From Candidatus Eiseniibacteriota bacterium (GTDB lineage Bacteria; Eisenbacteria; RBG-16-71-46; CAZEPH01): 39,387 nt of DNA. A program made the translations under genes and the position numbers. Each line of letters begins with the position of its first letter. Within the stretch, counting starts at the first letter, position 1. Below are positions 35,730 to 39,387 of the stretch, piece after piece. The stretch lies in the NCBI GenBank assembly GCA_044229145.1, contig JBGATO010000033.1, positions 1 to 39,387 on the forward strand, read 5' to 3'. The notes beneath the pieces are model-generated. The model was given only the letters and a program-made list of their open reading frames with translations. It was not told the DNA's origin and made no database searches.

Positions 35730-36709
35730 GCCGCACCTCCCGCCGGCGGCGTCGCCGACATGCTGCCGCCCACCGGCGCGGTGCCGCCGGAGGTGACGAG
35801 CTGCATGAACACGTCCTCGAGGCTGGTGCGCCGCGGCGAGAGCGCCACCAGCGACACGCCGGCGCCGCGCAACGCGTCGATCACCGCGTTGATGTGATCC
35901 GGCTCCGGCAAGCGCACCACGAGGCCCTCGCCGGTGGCGTCCGCCGCGAAGCCGCGCTCGCGCAGGAACGCCGCGTGCAAGTTGAGGTCGCCCGCCGCTT
36001 GCACGACGTACTCGGTGCGCATCGTCGTCAGTTCGTCGACCGCGCCTTCGGTGACCATGCGGCCGCGCGACAGGACGGCGACGCGATCGCACACGCGCTC
36101 GACCTCGCTCAGCAAGTGCGAGTTGACGAACACCGTCACGCCTTGCTGCTTGAGTTCGAGGACGAGGTCGCGGATTTCGACACGGCCGACTGGATCCACG
36201 CCGTCGGTGGGCTCGTCGAGCAACACGAGGCGCGGGCGCGCCATCAGCGCGGCGGCCAAGCCGGTGCGCTGCATCATGCCCTTCGAGAACTTCTTCACCG
36301 GCGTGTTCGCCCACTCGTTCATGTGGACGCGGTCGAGCAGGACGCGGGCGCGGTCGCGGCGTTCGGCCGCAGGCATGTCGGCGAGCGCGCCGCTCAGGTC
36401 GAGCAGTTGCGTCGGCGTGAGATGCTGCGGGAAGCGGTGGCTCTCGGGCAGATAGCCCACCACCTGCCGCGCGCGATAGTCGCTGACCGGCCGCCCGAAC
36501 AGCTCGGCGCGGCCGCGCGTCGCGTGGGTGACGCCGAGCAGGATCTTGATGAGCGTGGTCTTGCCGGCACCGTTGGGGCCGAGCAGACCGAACACGGTGC
36601 CTTCGGGCACCGCGAGGGTGAGTTCTTCGAGGGCGCGAACCGGCTCGGCGCGCAAACCGCGCGCGTAGTGCTTGGTGAGCTGGTCCGCCTGCAAGGCGGC
36701 GACGGGCAC
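35726..36709 (-). CDS. ABC transporter ATP-binding protein (ABC-2/NatA/GldA-like), all catalytic motifs intact
   Basis: GTG start with GAGGA at -12. Walker A GPNGAGKTT. Q-loop region IGYLPE. Signature FSKGMMQR. Walker B LVLLDEPT. H-loop NSHLL. Confidence 0.8.
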   Translation of the reverse strand: MPVAALQADQLTKHYARGLRAEPVRALEELTLAVPEGTVFGLLGPNGAGKTTLIKILLGVTHATRGRAELFGRPVSDYRARQVVGYLPESHRFPQHLTPTQLLDLSGALADMPAAERRDRARVLLDRVHMNEWANTPVKKFSKGMMQRTGLAAALMARPRLVLLDEPTDGVDPVGRVEIRDLVLELKQQGVTVFVNSHLLSEVERVCDRVAVLSRGRMVTEGAVDELTTMRTEYVVQAAGDLNLHAAFLRERGFAADATGEGLVVRLPEPDHINAVIDALRGAGVSLVALSPRRTSLEDVFMQLVTSGGTAPVGGSMSATPPAGGAA

Positions 36710-36925
36710 GAGGCGATCCTCAGGTCGACAGGCGGCGGCACGGACAGCAAGGCGGGAACTGTAGCCGAACCCGCTGCCAAACGCAGCGGTGCCGCAAGAG
36801 GTTGCGCCGGTGCGCCTGCCGAGGCGGGTGACGTGGCTGGGCGGACTGTGCCACAATGGGCTCCGGCGGGATCCCCCACACACGTTGAACCCCGACGGCC
36901 TCATCTCCCCGGCCGAGGACGACCC

Positions 36926-39116
36926 GTTGCCTCGACGTCCAGCATCCGACATCCCGCGGTTCCGCGCCGGCAGAGGCATCCGGTGGGGCTGGCGCGCGTG
37001 CTTCGGGCTGACCGCGCTGGCGATCGCGGCGTGCGTGCTCGCGGCATGCGGCGGGACGCCGCGCGGCACACTGGTCCCGAATCGTGCACCGCGCATCGAA
37101 CTGACCGGCGGCCCCAAGCCGGGCGGCACCGACTTCTATGCCGTCGCGTTCCAGTGGAACGCGTGGGATGACGACGGCCAGGTCGACCACTTCCTGTACT
37201 GTGTCGATTCGGTGGACACAACCTGGACGCGCAGCGATCAGCACGAAGCGACGCTCATCTTCCCGACACCGAACCGGCTCAGTGACACGCGCTTCAGCGG
37301 CTGGCACACGTTCTACATCAAGGCGGTGGACCGCGAGGGCGCGGAGTCGGAGATTGCCTCGCGCACCTTCAACGCGACGACGGTGGTGCCGTCGACGTTC
37401 GCGCTGCGGCCGCAGAAGGTAGTGGAGGGCAGCGGCATCAGTTCGCCGCTCTCCGGCGGACCGACGCTGCGCCTGGCGTGGGATGGCACCGACCCCGACG
37501 GCGTGCTGCACGCCAAGCCGGTCGCGTACGACATCGTGCGCGTCATCGCCCCGGGGAACATCGCTGGCAATTGGTCACGGGCCCGCGATTTGATCAGCGG
37601 CCCGGACGCCGTCGTCGAACGGGTGCCCGGCGACAGCACGGATCGCGTCTTCCGCGATCTCGCGCCGCTCGGCCGCAACGTGTTCTGGCTGTTCTGGGTG
37701 CGCGCGGTGGACGAGGCCGGTGCGGTCGAACAGTGGCCGGCGCGCAGCGGGCAATGGCCCGGCTACTTCTTCTTCTACTTCGCGCATCCCAACGTGCAGG
37801 GGCCGACGCTGACCATCGGCAGCGCCGCGCTCGGCAGCTTCGAGTCGCAGGGGCTGTCGGCGAACTCCACCGAATACGTGTTCAACCGGCCGATCAGTTT
37901 GCAGTGGTCGGCCGACGCGACCGAATACGGCAGTGACGTCGAGGGCTATCGGTGGGGCGTCGACGTCACCGACACCGACAATCCGAACGATCCCGGCTGG
38001 GCCACCGGATGGGGGCGCGCGGTGCGCGGGTTCTCGGGCCTCGTGTTCCGCGACACCACGGCGCCGAAGCACGCGCTGGTCATCCAAGCGCGCGACTCGA
38101 ACGGCGGCGTCACCACCGCGACGATCCTCGTCACCTTGATCGACTTCCCGCTCGATCGCGACATCCTGTTCGTCGACGACGAATCCGAGACCAGCGGCGG
38201 CGGCAGCTATCCGACCGACGCCCAGCATCACGACTTCATGCTCGGCGCGCTCGGCGACGCGATGCGGGCGGTGGGCCGCCCGCAGACGATTCCGCTCCAC
38301 AACGTGTTCCGCGATCAGACGAAATCCGACGCGATCTTCCCGCCGCAGATTTCCGATCTCGCGCACTATCGCGTCGTGGTGTGGGACGCCGGCCGCCCGC
38401 CGGCCTTCAACACGCTCTACGGCACCACCGCGTCGAGTCCGTCGCGTCCGCCGGATCATCTCAATCCGCTCGCGCTCTACCTCGAGGCCGGCGGTTCGCT
38501 GCTGATCAGCGGGTCGTCCAACGCGCGCAGCACGGTGCGCGACATCCAACTCGGCCAGACCTTCATCGGTCCGGCCAACGGGCTGGGCCCGAACACGCGC
38601 AACTTCGCCTTCGATTACTGGCGCTTGCCGGCGAAGGTGCGCTTCATCTACACCAACACGCAGGTGAACGGCATGCGCGGCGCCGAGCCCACCGCGGACG
38701 GCACCACGCTGGGCATGCCGGCGCTGCACTTCGACACCGTGCGCTGGTATCAGTGGGCGACCACTGGCCCCGGCAACATGGAAGCGCTCGACGATCTCGC
38801 TACCGCGTCGCGCGCGCCGGGCGATCGCATCGTCCCGCTCTACACGTACGTGTCGAACGCGGGCAAGCGTGGGTCGGGCGGTTCGGCGATGCACGGATTG
38901 GTCGACGCGCAGTTGTTCCAACGCGCGCCGCAGACCGAGGACGAGGATCACGCCTATCAGGTCGCCTACTTCGGCTTCCCGTTCTACTTCTTCCCGCGCG
39001 CCGAGGTGACGCAGACGTTGACGAGTGTGCTGCGCGAGTTCTACGCCGACAAGAAGTGGGCGGCGCCTCAGCGCTCCGCCGCCACGAACGTTTCCGCCGC
39101 GCCGCCGACGCGATAG
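36926..39116 (+). CDS. Large lipoprotein (~730 aa), function unknown, divergently transcribed from the ABC-2 transporter
   Basis: Probable TTG start with GAGGA at -12. Signal ends LPRRPASDIPRFRAGRGIRWGWRACFGLTALAIAACVLAAC|GG, so the lipobox is LAAC. The ORF-track ATG at 36789 adds 45 non-signal residues. W/F/Y-rich beta-type sequence, no recognisable catalytic motif. Confidence 0.6.
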
Positions 39117-39387
39117 GCGACGACGCGGTCGCCGGCGCGACCGCGCACCGTCCACGTGCCGTGCATCTGCAGGAAGACGAGTGGGCGCGTGGCGCCGCGG
39201 CCTGCGGTGAAGGCGAGCGGCGTCGCGGCGACGTCGTCCACCGCGAGTTCGGCGTGCAACGAATCGCGCGCGGTGGCGGCCTCGAGGAGCACGCGGCGCG
39301 GCACGCGCACGCCATCGGCGCGCCGGTGCCAGCCGTCGTAGCGCACGCGCTCGGGACGGAACGCGGCGACGAAGCCGCCCGCGTCGT
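39068..39387 (-). CDS. Hypothetical protein, C-terminal fragment (5'-partial, runs off the window end)
   Basis: The frame is open to the window edge (...DAGGFVAAFRPERVRYDGWHRRADGV...FVAAER*). It overlaps the 3' end of the convergent lipoprotein gene by ~48 nt. Confidence 0.3.
   Translation of the reverse strand, partial: DAGGFVAAFRPERVRYDGWHRRADGVRVPRRVLLEAATARDSLHAELAVDDVAATPLAFTAGRGATRPLVFLQMHGTWTVRGRAGDRVVAYRVGGAAETFVAAER

Noticed and set aside
1-39387. Exact coordinates derived by counting characters in the printed sequence
   Set aside because: At several line boundaries (e.g. 2940/2941, 7500/7501) my reading of the text is 1 nt off from the ORF track. All CDS coordinates are anchored to the ORF track. 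Hairpins and repeats carry +/-2 nt uncertainty.

Overview
This is a ~70% GC bacterial contig with no rRNA, tRNA or CRISPR. About 25 credible genes are tightly packed, and five junctions are ATGA start/stop overlaps. At least seven secreted proteins end in the same ~75-aa C-terminal domain: an FG-GAP repeat protein, a ~1000-aa CARDB/Ig-like repeat protein, a C25 gingipain-like peptidase, an S8 subtilisin, two paralogous beta-propeller-like proteins, and a 238-aa protein heading a three-gene envelope operon. That domain ends ...SG-x-Y-x(2)-R/L ... R-x-V-x-V-R and resembles FlgD-Ig-like / T9SS type-A sorting domains. Together with the GC content this suggests a Gemmatimonadota-like or other FCB-superphylum organism, at low confidence. 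The same locus carries an ECF sigma / zinc anti-sigma / TPR-CHAT (caspase-like) / subtilisin operon, in which the CHAT gene's frame is broken by a 74-bp imperfect tandem duplication. There is also an SPFH/flotillin-like gene, a COG3044 ABC-class ATPase, a proC-SDR pair, a porin/permease/ABC-ATPase trio whose ATPase has lost every catalytic motif except Walker A, and a GldA/GldF-like ABC-2 pair beside a large lipoprotein. Other structural oddities: ~70-bp direct repeats flank the FG-GAP gene, one of them a remnant 3' end of the neighbouring ATPase; one propeller gene carries a probable 1-nt frameshift; a hairpin with a T-tract sits in the 5' leader of the ABC-class ATPase gene; and a 1.1-kb gene-poor island contains the only AT-rich stretches in the window. 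Several line boundaries in the printed sequence read 1 nt off from the ORF track, so coordinates of non-ORF features carry +/-2 nt uncertainty. All functions are called from motifs I can read by eye; none was checked against a database.
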